From positions 1 through 36,769 of the IMG/VR virus record IMGVR_UViG_3300037851_001075: 36,769 nt of DNA; one strand, written 5' to 3'. Of this stretch, positions 25,995 to 33,903 are shown piece after piece (the stretch's first letter is position 1; every line of letters starts with the position of its first letter). Below the pieces are notes generated by a model. That model saw nothing but the letters and a program-made list of their open reading frames with translations. It had not been told where the DNA came from and searched no databases. Position numbers and translations under genes: made by a program. The stretch is from a virus (lineage: Duplodnaviria; Caudoviricetes).

Positions 25995-27515
25995 ATGGAA
26001 GAAAACAAGCAAGCCGCCGAAACCACAACGGCGCTGATCCACGCAGAACTTGAAAAGGAAGAAGGCGTTCTTAACCGCGAACAGATCTACGAAATTATGG
26101 ACAGGATCGATGACCTTGCCGTAATGAATAAAGTAGGGCAGGAAGTTCTCGCCGATATGGTATATCGCTTTTCAGATGAAAGCGGCAAGACGGTTCTCGG
26201 CTTGTCAAAGATCGGTGTTGACAGCGCAGCCGCGCAGTTGGCAGGGCAAGGGATCATCATCAGGGAAGTTTCGGTTGACTTTAAAGAAACCCCTGACGTT
26301 TATTATTTCACGGCAAAGGCGGCGCGCTTTGCCCGTGATAACTACGGCAACGAAACAGAACTTGAAAGCGCCTTCGGTTTCAAGCGGCAGCAGAAGCGGC
26401 AGTTTCAGAACGTCCCTGTCCGTGATGAACACGGCAAGAAGATCTATAACACAGACGGCAACGTCAAGCGGGAATATAAGGAAGTTGAAAACAAGTTCGC
26501 CTTTGAGCAGGGCGGGATCAAGGCGGTAAGGAACGCGAAGCGCCGCTTGATCGGCGAAAGTTTAATCAAGCGCCTGATCGAAGCGAAGTTAAATCAGGGC
26601 AAAGTGCAGGACATAAAGGTAAAACAGATCGCAGATGAAGCGGACTACTACAATAAAGACGGAAAGAAGATCGATCCCGCAGAAGCGAAGAAGGCGGCGG
26701 ACGCAAAGGCGGCAGCAGATCTTAAAGAGTATGAAGAGATATATAAAAAGTTCTCTTCCGATTTTGTTGCGTCCGTGATAAACGTCAAGTATAATGTGAA
26801 AAGGTTGCGGGATATTCCGCTTGACAAACTGAAAGCGGATCTTCCCGCCCTTCTCAAAGCATACGAAGATCACAAAACAGGAACAGGCGCGGCGGTAAAA
26901 AAAGGCATTACCCCTTCCAATGATCCCCAAACCCCCGCCGCCGCGCCTGCTTCCGCCCAAATCCCGCCGCCTGCGCCTGCTGTTTCGGCTACGGCTACGG
27001 ACGGGAAGGCGGAATATAAATATACTCCAAACAAGGACAGCGCCGAAGGGCTTCCCTTACTTGTTGAAAAGATACAAGGCGGGCGGATCGCGTCAAGGTA
27101 TGAGATCGCCCGCAGTGCAGACGGAAAACTTATGTGTTCCTGCCCTGCCCGCAAAGAGTGCAAGCACATCAAGGAAGCGGGCAACGTGCTTGAACTTTAC
27201 AGGGAGTTTAAGAAGGCGGAAGGAACGCCGCCGCCCGTAGCGAAGCCGTCAGCCGCGCCCGCGAAAACCTTCCCTTCCTTTGATCGTAAGAAGTATGAAG
27301 CGATCAAAGACGCGGAAGGAATACCCGCAGCCCTGTGCAAGTATTTGCAGGAAGTTCACGCGTTTCGTGGGGCAGCCCTGTTTAATCTGATCACAAAACT
27401 TGCAGGCAAGAAGAGTTTCAACGACATAACAGAAAAGGACTACAAGCAAGTATGGGAATATCAGATCTTCGGGAAGTCAACAGAAGAACTTACGGCGGTT
27501 TTAAATGCAAAATAA
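25995..27515 (+). CDS. Probable single-strand annealing protein (Rad52/RecT-like fold) with SWIM Zn finger, 506 aa
   Basis: GLSKIGV...FTAKA...FAFEQGGIKAVRNAKRRLI SSAP-like helix and SWIM motif CSCP..ECKHI. Lies next to an exonuclease. Confidence 0.55.
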   Translation: MEENKQAAETTTALIHAELEKEEGVLNREQIYEIMDRIDDLAVMNKVGQEVLADMVYRFSDESGKTVLGLSKIGVDSAAAQLAGQGIIIREVSVDFKETPDVYYFTAKAARFARDNYGNETELESAFGFKRQQKRQFQNVPVRDEHGKKIYNTDGNVKREYKEVENKFAFEQGGIKAVRNAKRRLIGESLIKRLIEAKLNQGKVQDIKVKQIADEADYYNKDGKKIDPAEAKKAADAKAAADLKEYEEIYKKFSSDFVASVINVKYNVKRLRDIPLDKLKADLPALLKAYEDHKTGTGAAVKKGITPSNDPQTPAAAPASAQIPPPAPAVSATATDGKAEYKYTPNKDSAEGLPLLVEKIQGGRIASRYEIARSADGKLMCSCPARKECKHIKEAGNVLELYREFKKAEGTPPPVAKPSAAPAKTFPSFDRKKYEAIKDAEGIPAALCKYLQEVHAFRGAALFNLITKLAGKKSFNDITEKDYKQVWEYQIFGKSTEELTAVLNAK

Positions 27516-27666
27516 ATATTCCGTAGGTATGGAAGTATATGTATGGGAACGCTTGAAGATATTGCAGATCACGAAGATCAAGGGCAAGAACTATGAAGGC
27601 GTGTGCCGAAACGGGAACGTTTACACGTTCAAGAAAGAAGACATTAAGGGCGTAGTCAAATACTGA
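27505..27666 (+). CDS. 53-aa small beta protein, not in the ORF track
   Basis: MQNKYSVGMEVYV... fills the intergenic gap. Confidence 0.55.
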   Translation: MQNKYSVGMEVYVWERLKILQITKIKGKNYEGVCRNGNVYTFKKEDIKGVVKY

Positions 27667-27681
27667 AAGGGACGGTGTTCT

Positions 27682-28962
27682 ATGGAAAAGGAAACAAACG
27701 TAGTCAAGGAAAACACAGGCACGGCAAGGAAGGCAAAGTATAAAGATACTGTCTTCTCGTTCAGCAAGATCAGCGACTTCCTTTTTTGCCCGAAGAGATA
27801 TAAGCATAAGTTTATAGACAACGTGAAGGAAGCGTCAAACGTCTTCAAGGACTACGGCTTGAAGATACACGATCTATCCGATCAGGCGGTAAAGAAGAAC
27901 GGCACGATCGACCACGAAACAGCCGCAGACATATTCAGAAAGAACGGCTTGAACGAATTGGACATATCGCGCGGGCTTGCTTATATGGAATATTTAAGCA
28001 AGTATTCAAACATACTTTCCGAATACCGCTTCGAACTAAAACTTAAACGCGGGATCAGCGTTGAGTTTCACATAGACAGGATCTTCTTCGATGAGTATGG
28101 AACTTGCTTCATACAAGACTTAAAGACAAGCCCGCAGCCGCTTGATGAAGAGCAGATCGAAGCGGATCTTCAACTTGATATTTACTGTTGGGCTTTCGTG
28201 GAATACCTGAAACAGATCCTTCCTGATATAAAGAAGGAACTTGCCTTCCTGACAGACAAAAAGAAAACCGTTGACGCTGCGGCGCAGCAGGCGAAGCCGC
28301 AGACAAACGAACAACTTGAACTGCTAACGGAAGGTATGCGCTTACAGAACGAAATAAACTTCCGAAACAACCTGATCAACACAGCAGGCGAAGGAAAGAT
28401 CGTTAAGGGTATATGGCTTTGGCGCTATAACTACAAGGCGGAAGTGGAACACAAGCGCAGCGATCTGTCAGATCAACTGATCTATACGATCGAACACATC
28501 AAGAAGTGCAAAGAGTTTACGCCAAAGGCAAACCGCTTCTGTGCGGACTGTGATTATTTCAGGACTTGTTATCCCGTGCCGATCACAAAGTCATACAAAG
28601 AACTGAAAGCCCTTGAAGCACACTACAAGAAACTTGCGGAAGACAGGAAGAACGAGATAGTGCAGGACGGCTTTCAGATCGGATCAAATCTTGTCAGCGA
28701 CAACGGCACACAGGTTTACATCAAGGAAACAACGTCAAAGGAATACGATCCGAAGGCGATTAAGGAAATCGTTGAAAAGGCAGGGCTTGATCCCTTCGAG
28801 TTCTTGAAGCCCGATAACGCAGCCGTCAACAGGGAACAGAAGAAGAAGTCAAAGCGCTTTACGATCGAGCCGATCAGCGTTTCGGTTTCACTACGCATAG
28901 ACGCGAAGGACAAACTAAAAGAAGGGGGCGATGATAATGCCGATAACGAAGGAAAGGCGTAA
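27682..28962 (+). CDS. PD-(D/E)xK exonuclease, Cas4/AddB/RecB-like, with Fe-S cysteines
   Basis: SFSKI..FLFCPKRY, HIDRI, QDLKT, QLDIY, CADCDYFRTC. Confidence 0.85.
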   Translation: MEKETNVVKENTGTARKAKYKDTVFSFSKISDFLFCPKRYKHKFIDNVKEASNVFKDYGLKIHDLSDQAVKKNGTIDHETAADIFRKNGLNELDISRGLAYMEYLSKYSNILSEYRFELKLKRGISVEFHIDRIFFDEYGTCFIQDLKTSPQPLDEEQIEADLQLDIYCWAFVEYLKQILPDIKKELAFLTDKKKTVDAAAQQAKPQTNEQLELLTEGMRLQNEINFRNNLINTAGEGKIVKGIWLWRYNYKAEVEHKRSDLSDQLIYTIEHIKKCKEFTPKANRFCADCDYFRTCYPVPITKSYKELKALEAHYKKLAEDRKNEIVQDGFQIGSNLVSDNGTQVYIKETTSKEYDPKAIKEIVEKAGLDPFEFLKPDNAAVNREQKKKSKRFTIEPISVSVSLRIDAKDKLKEGGDDNADNEGKA

Positions 28963-29347
28963 ACTTTACCCTGATAATTGGAAGCAGATAGCGCGGCAAG
29001 TCAAGGCAGAAGCGGGGTTATGCTGCGAACTTTGCGGAAACAAACACGGACAGCCGCACGATCGCACGGGATCAAAGGTAGTCTTGACTGTTCATCACCT
29101 TGACTACGATCCAACAAATAACGTCCGCCTTAACCTGATCGCCCTGTGTCAGCGTTGCCATAACAGGATAGACAGGCGCTTCCGCGTTCATAACAGAAAA
29201 CTTAAACGCAGGATCGGCGATATCTCGAAGCGGATCAGGGATAAGGAAGAGCGTGTGCTGCTGTGGAAGATCTTCTGTGCAAGCCAACTTCCAAACAGGG
29301 ACGGCGCTATGATCGCCTTGCTTAAAGAATACAAGGCGGCAAAATGA
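28937..29347 (+). CDS. HNH endonuclease
   Basis: YPDNW..CELCG..VLTVHHLDYDPTNN...NLIALCQRCHN. Confidence 0.88.
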   Translation: MPITKERRKLYPDNWKQIARQVKAEAGLCCELCGNKHGQPHDRTGSKVVLTVHHLDYDPTNNVRLNLIALCQRCHNRIDRRFRVHNRKLKRRIGDISKRIRDKEERVLLWKIFCASQLPNRDGAMIALLKEYKAAK

Positions 29348-29434
29348 AAAGACTATCAAAGGCGCGTAAAGCCGCGCTAAAACGGAAGCGAAGAAGGATC
29401 GCGTTTTCCTTTCGCTTCGGAAAGGGGCTGTATA

Positions 29435-29644
29435 ATGGGAACTTCAAAGGCAGGCGCGTTCGGTTATAAGGACAAGGACGGTCTTCATTTTGGGATCAAC
29501 ACGAAGCGCGGCGTGTGTTATGCCATAAGAATATACCCGTTCAAGCGCGCGTGGTTTGAAGCGTGGAAGCCGCCGTTTCATAAAGGGCGCGGTTTCTACA
29601 TAACGATCGGGTTATTTTTCATCGCCCTATATCGCGGATATTAA
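29435..29644 (+). CDS. Hypothetical protein, 69 aa
   Basis: SD GAAAGGGG. Confidence 0.55.
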   Translation: MGTSKAGAFGYKDKDGLHFGINTKRGVCYAIRIYPFKRAWFEAWKPPFHKGRGFYITIGLFFIALYRGY

Positions 29645-29656
29645 AAACAGAAGGGA

Positions 29657-29869
29657 GTGATACAAGTGGAAAGTTTGATCAGGTTGAAAGACGTTGCGAA
29701 GATATTAAGCATACACCCGAAGTATGTTTCAAACTTCATCAAGAAGCACGGCATACCAAAGCAGCGGGTAAACGCGCGGCTTGTCTATGTAAAGGAAGCC
29801 GATCTTCAAACGTTCTTGAACAAGAACATCGAAGAGAACAACAAAAAAAACGCGGGGGTTAAAAAATGA
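29657..29869 (+). CDS. Xis/AlpA-like HTH DNA-binding protein
   Basis: LIRLKDVAKILSIHPKYV...GIP...VYVKEADLQTFL. Confidence 0.75.
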   Translation: MIQVESLIRLKDVAKILSIHPKYVSNFIKKHGIPKQRVNARLVYVKEADLQTFLNKNIEENNKKNAGVKK

Positions 29870-30279
29870 ACGTAGCAAAAGAGAAGCACGCCGTTAAAAG
29901 GTATGAAGTTGCAGCGCTGATCAAGGCGCTGCGTATGACGCATAGGGCAAAGATAGACAGGGCAACACGAAAGGATCTGCGCCCCCTTATAAGCGGGCTT
30001 CTTGGAAGGGCAATATCTATGCGAAAGTTGTCTTGGATCAAGGAAATTGCAAACGAGCATTTACGAAGGGTTATTATCGGATCAGATGATCGCGGTTGGT
30101 ATATCATCAAATCGCGGGAAGACTTCGTGAGTGCTTACCACACCTACGAAAGCAGACGGAACGATTTATCGCAGAAGTTATCGCTGCTTTCAGGAAAATA
30201 TACGGCGATCTTCGGCGGACAACTAACGCTTCCCCTGCAAGACAAGCAAGGAAAGGGGATCAAGTTCACCTTTGGATAA
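29866..30279 (+). CDS. Probable winged-helix phage protein, 137 aa
   Basis: IIGSDDRGWYI..SREDF pattern. ATGA-type overlap with the previous gene. Confidence 0.55.
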   Translation: MNVAKEKHAVKRYEVAALIKALRMTHRAKIDRATRKDLRPLISGLLGRAISMRKLSWIKEIANEHLRRVIIGSDDRGWYIIKSREDFVSAYHTYESRRNDLSQKLSLLSGKYTAIFGGQLTLPLQDKQGKGIKFTFG

Positions 30280-30285
30280 GTGCCT

Positions 30286-30786
30286 ATGAAGCGAAGCATA
30301 CTGCTTGAAGTGCTTGTGTTATTGCTGCTTATATTGAACGCTTGGGCTTTACGAGATAATGCGAACTTGAAAACTGCTCTTGAAAAGAAGGACACAGAAC
30401 TGAAAACATACGCTATAATCAACGGGAAAAATCTTGCGCGCAAGTATAAGTCAATGGAATTAAAGGATATAGCAGAAGCGTGCGATCTTCTTCCCGCGCC
30501 GATCGGCTGCGTATGGGCTTTGCGTCAGTGGGAAAACGGTATTCCTTATCACGGCTACGGCGTGATGAGATACTTTGAGGAGTTTCAGAACGAAGAACAG
30601 AAACAGTTATATTCCTGCATTAAGATCGTGCAGCAAGTTGAAGCGGAATACGTTTCAGATCAGAAACACAGAAAAGAGTTCATTGATCTTCTTGCAAAGA
30701 GATATAATAAAAACTATGACAAGATCGTGCCTGCTGCCCTGTTGAAGATGTGGGAAGAACACGATCAGGAAGGAAGGAAGAAGTGA
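30286..30786 (+). CDS. Membrane-anchored protein, possible lysozyme-like fold
   Basis: N-terminal TM, coiled coil, then ALRQWENG..GYGV..Q..FIDLLAKRYN. The fold call is tentative. Confidence 0.5.
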   Translation: MKRSILLEVLVLLLLILNAWALRDNANLKTALEKKDTELKTYAIINGKNLARKYKSMELKDIAEACDLLPAPIGCVWALRQWENGIPYHGYGVMRYFEEFQNEEQKQLYSCIKIVQQVEAEYVSDQKHRKEFIDLLAKRYNKNYDKIVPAALLKMWEEHDQEGRKK

Positions 30787-31007
30787 GTTTCTTTGGTATT
30801 TCGAGATATAACAAATCGCTTCAAGAAGCGCAGGATCTTATAAACGATAAGGACGCTGACAAGATCCACGATCTTGTGAAGCGGGGTATGTCTTACATAT
30901 CAGCCCGAAAAAAAGTAAAGGGGGAAGTCAAAGATGAGAAGGTTTCGAGCGCGGAAGAAAGGCGGACAGGAAACAGGAATACAGACAGCGATCCTGTCAT
31001 ACCTTAA
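30783..31007 (+). CDS. Hypothetical protein (~74 aa)
   Basis: GTGA overlap with the previous stop. SD GGAAGGAAG. Confidence 0.5.
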   Translation: MSFFGISRYNKSLQEAQDLINDKDADKIHDLVKRGMSYISARKKVKGEVKDEKVSSAEERRTGNRNTDSDPVIP

Positions 31008-31341
31008 CGCTATCGGTATTCTTGCTTGGCGGCAAAGTAATCATGCCGTCCCTATGCTGATCGGCGGCGAGATAGTTTACAGGAAGGATTACTTCCGCTT
31101 GCGTGGCGTGGGCGATATAACTGGCATACTCTATGACGGCAAGCGCCTTGAAGTTGAAGTCAAGGCAGAAGGAAAAAAACAAAGCGATGATCAGATACAT
31201 TTTGAAAGTTTAATCAACGAGAACGGCGGGATATATATCCTTGCTTACAGCGTTGATGACGTAGAAAATGCCCTTCACGCGAAGGGCTACATAATAAAAG
31301 ACGGAAGGGGTGTAGTATGTTTAAACAAATCAACGAAGTAG
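30934..31341 (+). CDS. VRR-NUC family nuclease (probable Holliday junction resolvase)
   Basis: ETGIQTAILSYL, GVGDITG, EVEVK, SDDQIHF, GGIYILAYSVDDV. Confidence 0.85.
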   Translation: MRRFRARKKGGQETGIQTAILSYLNAIGILAWRQSNHAVPMLIGGEIVYRKDYFRLRGVGDITGILYDGKRLEVEVKAEGKKQSDDQIHFESLINENGGIYILAYSVDDVENALHAKGYIIKDGRGVVCLNKSTK

Positions 31342-31784
31342 TGGATCGTTTTAACTGTATGGAATACAAAGATCGGCTTTCCTTTAACCGTTTTATCTAC
31401 CTTGAAGTCAGAAGTAGAACGATGATGAAGCAAGTTGCCTTTGCTTATAATTTTGATCGCTTTGCGTTCGGAAGGGAAAAAGTAATTCAAGCGATCTTGC
31501 GCGTTCCTGCGGAAGCGATCGCGGCTTTTATGACCGCCGAAATCTGCGGCTTTGATGTGGACAACGGGGCTGCCGTGATCGTAGAAGGAACAAGCGCCGT
31601 TGTGGTATGTTTCCTTGAAGGTATGATGTTATACGGAGTTTTCCGTATGAACGAAGATCGCTGCATAGAGTTTAAAGAAGCCGATATTCAGCGCGCTTTT
31701 TTTGACAATGACAGAAATGGCAAGACGCTCGTAGAAAGTATGATCAGCGATGATGACCTAATCGATATGTTAAAGCAGGCATAA
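31317..31784 (+). CDS. Hypothetical protein, 155 aa
   Basis: SD GAAGGGGTG. Confidence 0.7.
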   Translation: MFKQINEVVDRFNCMEYKDRLSFNRFIYLEVRSRTMMKQVAFAYNFDRFAFGREKVIQAILRVPAEAIAAFMTAEICGFDVDNGAAVIVEGTSAVVVCFLEGMMLYGVFRMNEDRCIEFKEADIQRAFFDNDRNGKTLVESMISDDDLIDMLKQA

Positions 31785-31791
31785 TATAGGT

Positions 31792-31867
31792 TGCGGGGTA
31801 GATCAATAGGTAGATCAACGCGCTTTGAACGCGTAGGCTGCAAGTTCGATCCTTGCCCCCGCAGCCA
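31792..31867 (+). tRNA. tRNA-Gln, anticodon UUG, CCA encoded
   Basis: 76-nt cloverleaf: acceptor TGCGGGG/CCCCGCA, D stem GATC/GATC, anticodon arm ACGCG-CTTTGAA-CGCGT, T arm GCAAG-TTCGATC-CTTGC, G73-CCA. Confidence 0.95.
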
Positions 31868-31892
31868 AAAAAACAACGAAAGGGGGTAGCGT

Positions 31893-32078
31893 ATGGAAAG
31901 GAAATATAAGATCAAGTTCGCCGCGCAGGGCATAGATGTGTATCAGGCAGAACGCGAGATCCTTGCTGAAACCTTAATCACCGTAGGAAACGAGATCGTT
32001 TTTGTATCAAAAGAAAAGTCCGTTGCGTTTATCAGGAAGGATCTTGTCCTGATGATCACAAGCGAGCCGCAGGCATAA
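31893..32078 (+). CDS. Hypothetical protein, 61 aa
   Basis: SD GAAAGGGGG. Last gene of the plus arm. Confidence 0.7.
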   Translation: MERKYKIKFAAQGIDVYQAEREILAETLITVGNEIVFVSKEKSVAFIRKDLVLMITSEPQA

Positions 32079-32159
32079 AGCAAGGGCGGGGAATAGTTTA
32101 CATAGCGCCTTGCGCCACGCGCAGCGCCCTGTGCTTCCTTCCCCGCCTTCGCTTGCCTT
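32071..32159. terminator. Stem-loop at the convergence of the two transcription arms
   Basis: GGCGGGGAA (32085-32093) pairs with TTCCCCGCC (32139-32147), with an outer AGGCA/TGCCT pair. No U-tract. Confidence 0.5.
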
Positions 32160-32814
32160 ATACGTCAAAGCCGTGCTTTGCGATCCTGTAAGTATCAAGT
32201 TTAAGTTTGTGCGTAAGGTTGATCCTTTCACACAGACTTTCAGGCGTTTCGTTTTCTTCAAACTTCCCCTTCGTGAGAACTTCGTAGATCCTGCCTATAA
32301 ACTTGAAGGAAGTCCTGACTTGCCGCGAGCAGACATACATATCCTTGCCTGCAAGCGGGTTGCGCATAAACTTGCGCATAAGCCCCCCAAGCGGCGGGAA
32401 TATCCTGTTAATGATCCCGTAGAAGCCGAAGCCGATCAGGGCGGGGATATCATACTTCTTCCCGTGCTGTTCCACCCACACCTTCTTGATCAGTTCAAGT
32501 TCGGGAACTGTCAAGGGCTGCTTCGCTTCCATAACCACAAGACGGTTATCGCCCTTCATAACCTTATCGCGGTATTCATCGATGATGTGCCAATTTACCG
32601 CCTTCCCGTCCGCTTCGATCGTGCGCCCGTTTCCGTCCCCGCCGACATACTGAAAGGCGTGTGCGGGATCAAGCCAATTCCCGTTGCCCGTCCCCCACTG
32701 TATCAGCGTTCCGACATCAAAGAAGTTCTTTGTTTCAACGAATAAAACGTCAGCAGGCGATAGCCGCTTGCAGAACTCTATCCACTGTTCAGCCGTCATC
32801 TTCAAGCCCGACAT
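32158..32814 (-). CDS. Permuted papain-like NlpC/P60 enzyme (YaeF/YiiX type)
   Basis: His before Cys: PAHAFQY..TIEA..GKKYD..YVCSRQV. ATG 32814 after AGGAAGGTG. Confidence 0.75.
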   Translation of the reverse strand: MSGLKMTAEQWIEFCKRLSPADVLFVETKNFFDVGTLIQWGTGNGNWLDPAHAFQYVGGDGNGRTIEADGKAVNWHIIDEYRDKVMKGDNRLVVMEAKQPLTVPELELIKKVWVEQHGKKYDIPALIGFGFYGIINRIFPPLGGLMRKFMRNPLAGKDMYVCSRQVRTSFKFIGRIYEVLTKGKFEENETPESLCERINLTHKLKLDTYRIAKHGFDV

Positions 32815-32815
32815 A

Positions 32816-33049
32816 TCAAACACCTTCCTTCTTATCAGCGCTGTATTCCTTCGTGTTCGCCCAATTAAAGGCGGTTGCCTTTCCAAGAACGCCTGCTATA
32901 AAAACACCGTCAAGTCCTACTGCGATCTGCATAAGCGACTTCTCTACGCAGCAGGCGATCAGCGTTGCGATCAGACCGAGCAACATAATCACGGCGTTAA
33001 ACTGATCTGCGGCAAGTTTTCTTCCGCCCTTGTCTGTCTTTATAAACAT
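32816..33049 (-). CDS. Small membrane protein, holin candidate
   Basis: Two hydrophobic segments and a charged C-terminus, next to the endolysin. Confidence 0.55.
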   Translation of the reverse strand: MFIKTDKGGRKLAADQFNAVIMLLGLIATLIACCVEKSLMQIAVGLDGVFIAGVLGKATAFNWANTKEYSADKKEGV

Positions 33050-33062
33050 AACACCCCCCTTT

Positions 33063-33581
33063 CTATACGCGCTTTAACCACCCGCGAAAGAATACTTCCT
33101 GACGCGGATCGTTGCGTATTATGTGAACGTATCTCTCAAACTGCAAGCCGTTTATTATCTTCATCAGATAGGGCTGATCGTGCGGCGGTAGTCCGTTGAC
33201 AACTTCAAGCGTCTTCTCGCCTATGATCCCGTCTATTTCAAGATCCTGCCAATTTTCACCGTTCCTATTCAGATAGTTAAGTGCCATTTGTAGAACGCGC
33301 CCTGCATATCCAGTTCCCATATTTACGGCGATATCAAATATTTCCGTTGCGACCGCCTGATCAAACACCTTATCGAGATTTAAAGCGTCCCAATAATCCT
33401 GCTTATATATCGCTTTTGCTGCGTCAAGCGGCAGTGTTTCCATATCGCCTTTATATCCGTGCGCCCGCGCTACGAGTTCAGTTATTCCGAAGCGCGTCTT
33501 TCCGCCGCGATCATAGCGATCGTTCGAAAACCCGCCTTCGAAAAATAATATAATCTCTATCGACTTCATAAAGTCAGCCAT
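33063..33581 (-). CDS. Endolysin, glycosyl hydrolase family 108 with peptidoglycan-binding domain
   Basis: EGGFSND..DRGGKTRFGIT, IYKQDYW, FDIAVNMG, DGIIGEKT, FFRGWLKRV. Confidence 0.93.
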   Translation of the reverse strand: MADFMKSIEIILFFEGGFSNDRYDRGGKTRFGITELVARAHGYKGDMETLPLDAAKAIYKQDYWDALNLDKVFDQAVATEIFDIAVNMGTGYAGRVLQMALNYLNRNGENWQDLEIDGIIGEKTLEVVNGLPPHDQPYLMKIINGLQFERYVHIIRNDPRQEVFFRGWLKRV

Positions 33582-33591
33582 ATTACACCGC

Positions 33592-33903
33592 CTATTTTTT
33601 TATGTAATTGACGTAGGCAAGGGCGATCGTTGACAGCATAGTCAACAACGTGAAAACAGCCGTGATAAGTGTAGTGATCATCAACTTGCCGAAACCGTCT
33701 ATTTTCTTAAATATCTCTTTGTCTGTTTCTTTCATATCTTTTACGTCCCCTTTCAGCGTTGTAATGTCTGTTTCACGGCTTTCCTTTTCCTGCTTAATTT
33801 GAAGTTCAAGCAGATCACAGACAGAACAGTTATCCACCGCCTTCTTTGCGGCTTCATCTGCTATCTTTTCGACTTTCAACAAGTCCCCGTTTTCAAGCGT
33901 CAT
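33592..33903 (-). CDS. Coiled-coil protein with C-terminal TM (XhlA-like / holin-associated)
   Basis: ATG 33903 in a TAATG overlap with the upstream stop. TM LMITTLITAVFTLLTMLSTIALAYV. Confidence 0.65.
   Translation of the reverse strand: MTLENGDLLKVEKIADEAAKKAVDNCSVCDLLELQIKQEKESRETDITTLKGDVKDMKETDKEIFKKIDGFGKLMITTLITAVFTLLTMLSTIALAYVNYIKK

Noticed and set aside
29344-29469. 41-aa very basic ORF (MKRLSKARKAALKRKRR...)
   Set aside because: Plausible from its start overlap, but too short and overlapping the next gene to support as a feature.
29657-29869. Xis-like gene as evidence of an integrating prophage
   Set aside because: No integrase, att site or host genes seen. This HTH family is common as a stand-alone regulator.
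20700-30900. Frequent GAAGCGG, resembling a Chi sequence
   Set aside because: Mostly in-frame Glu-Ala codons on the coding strand. No evidence beyond codon usage without a computed test.
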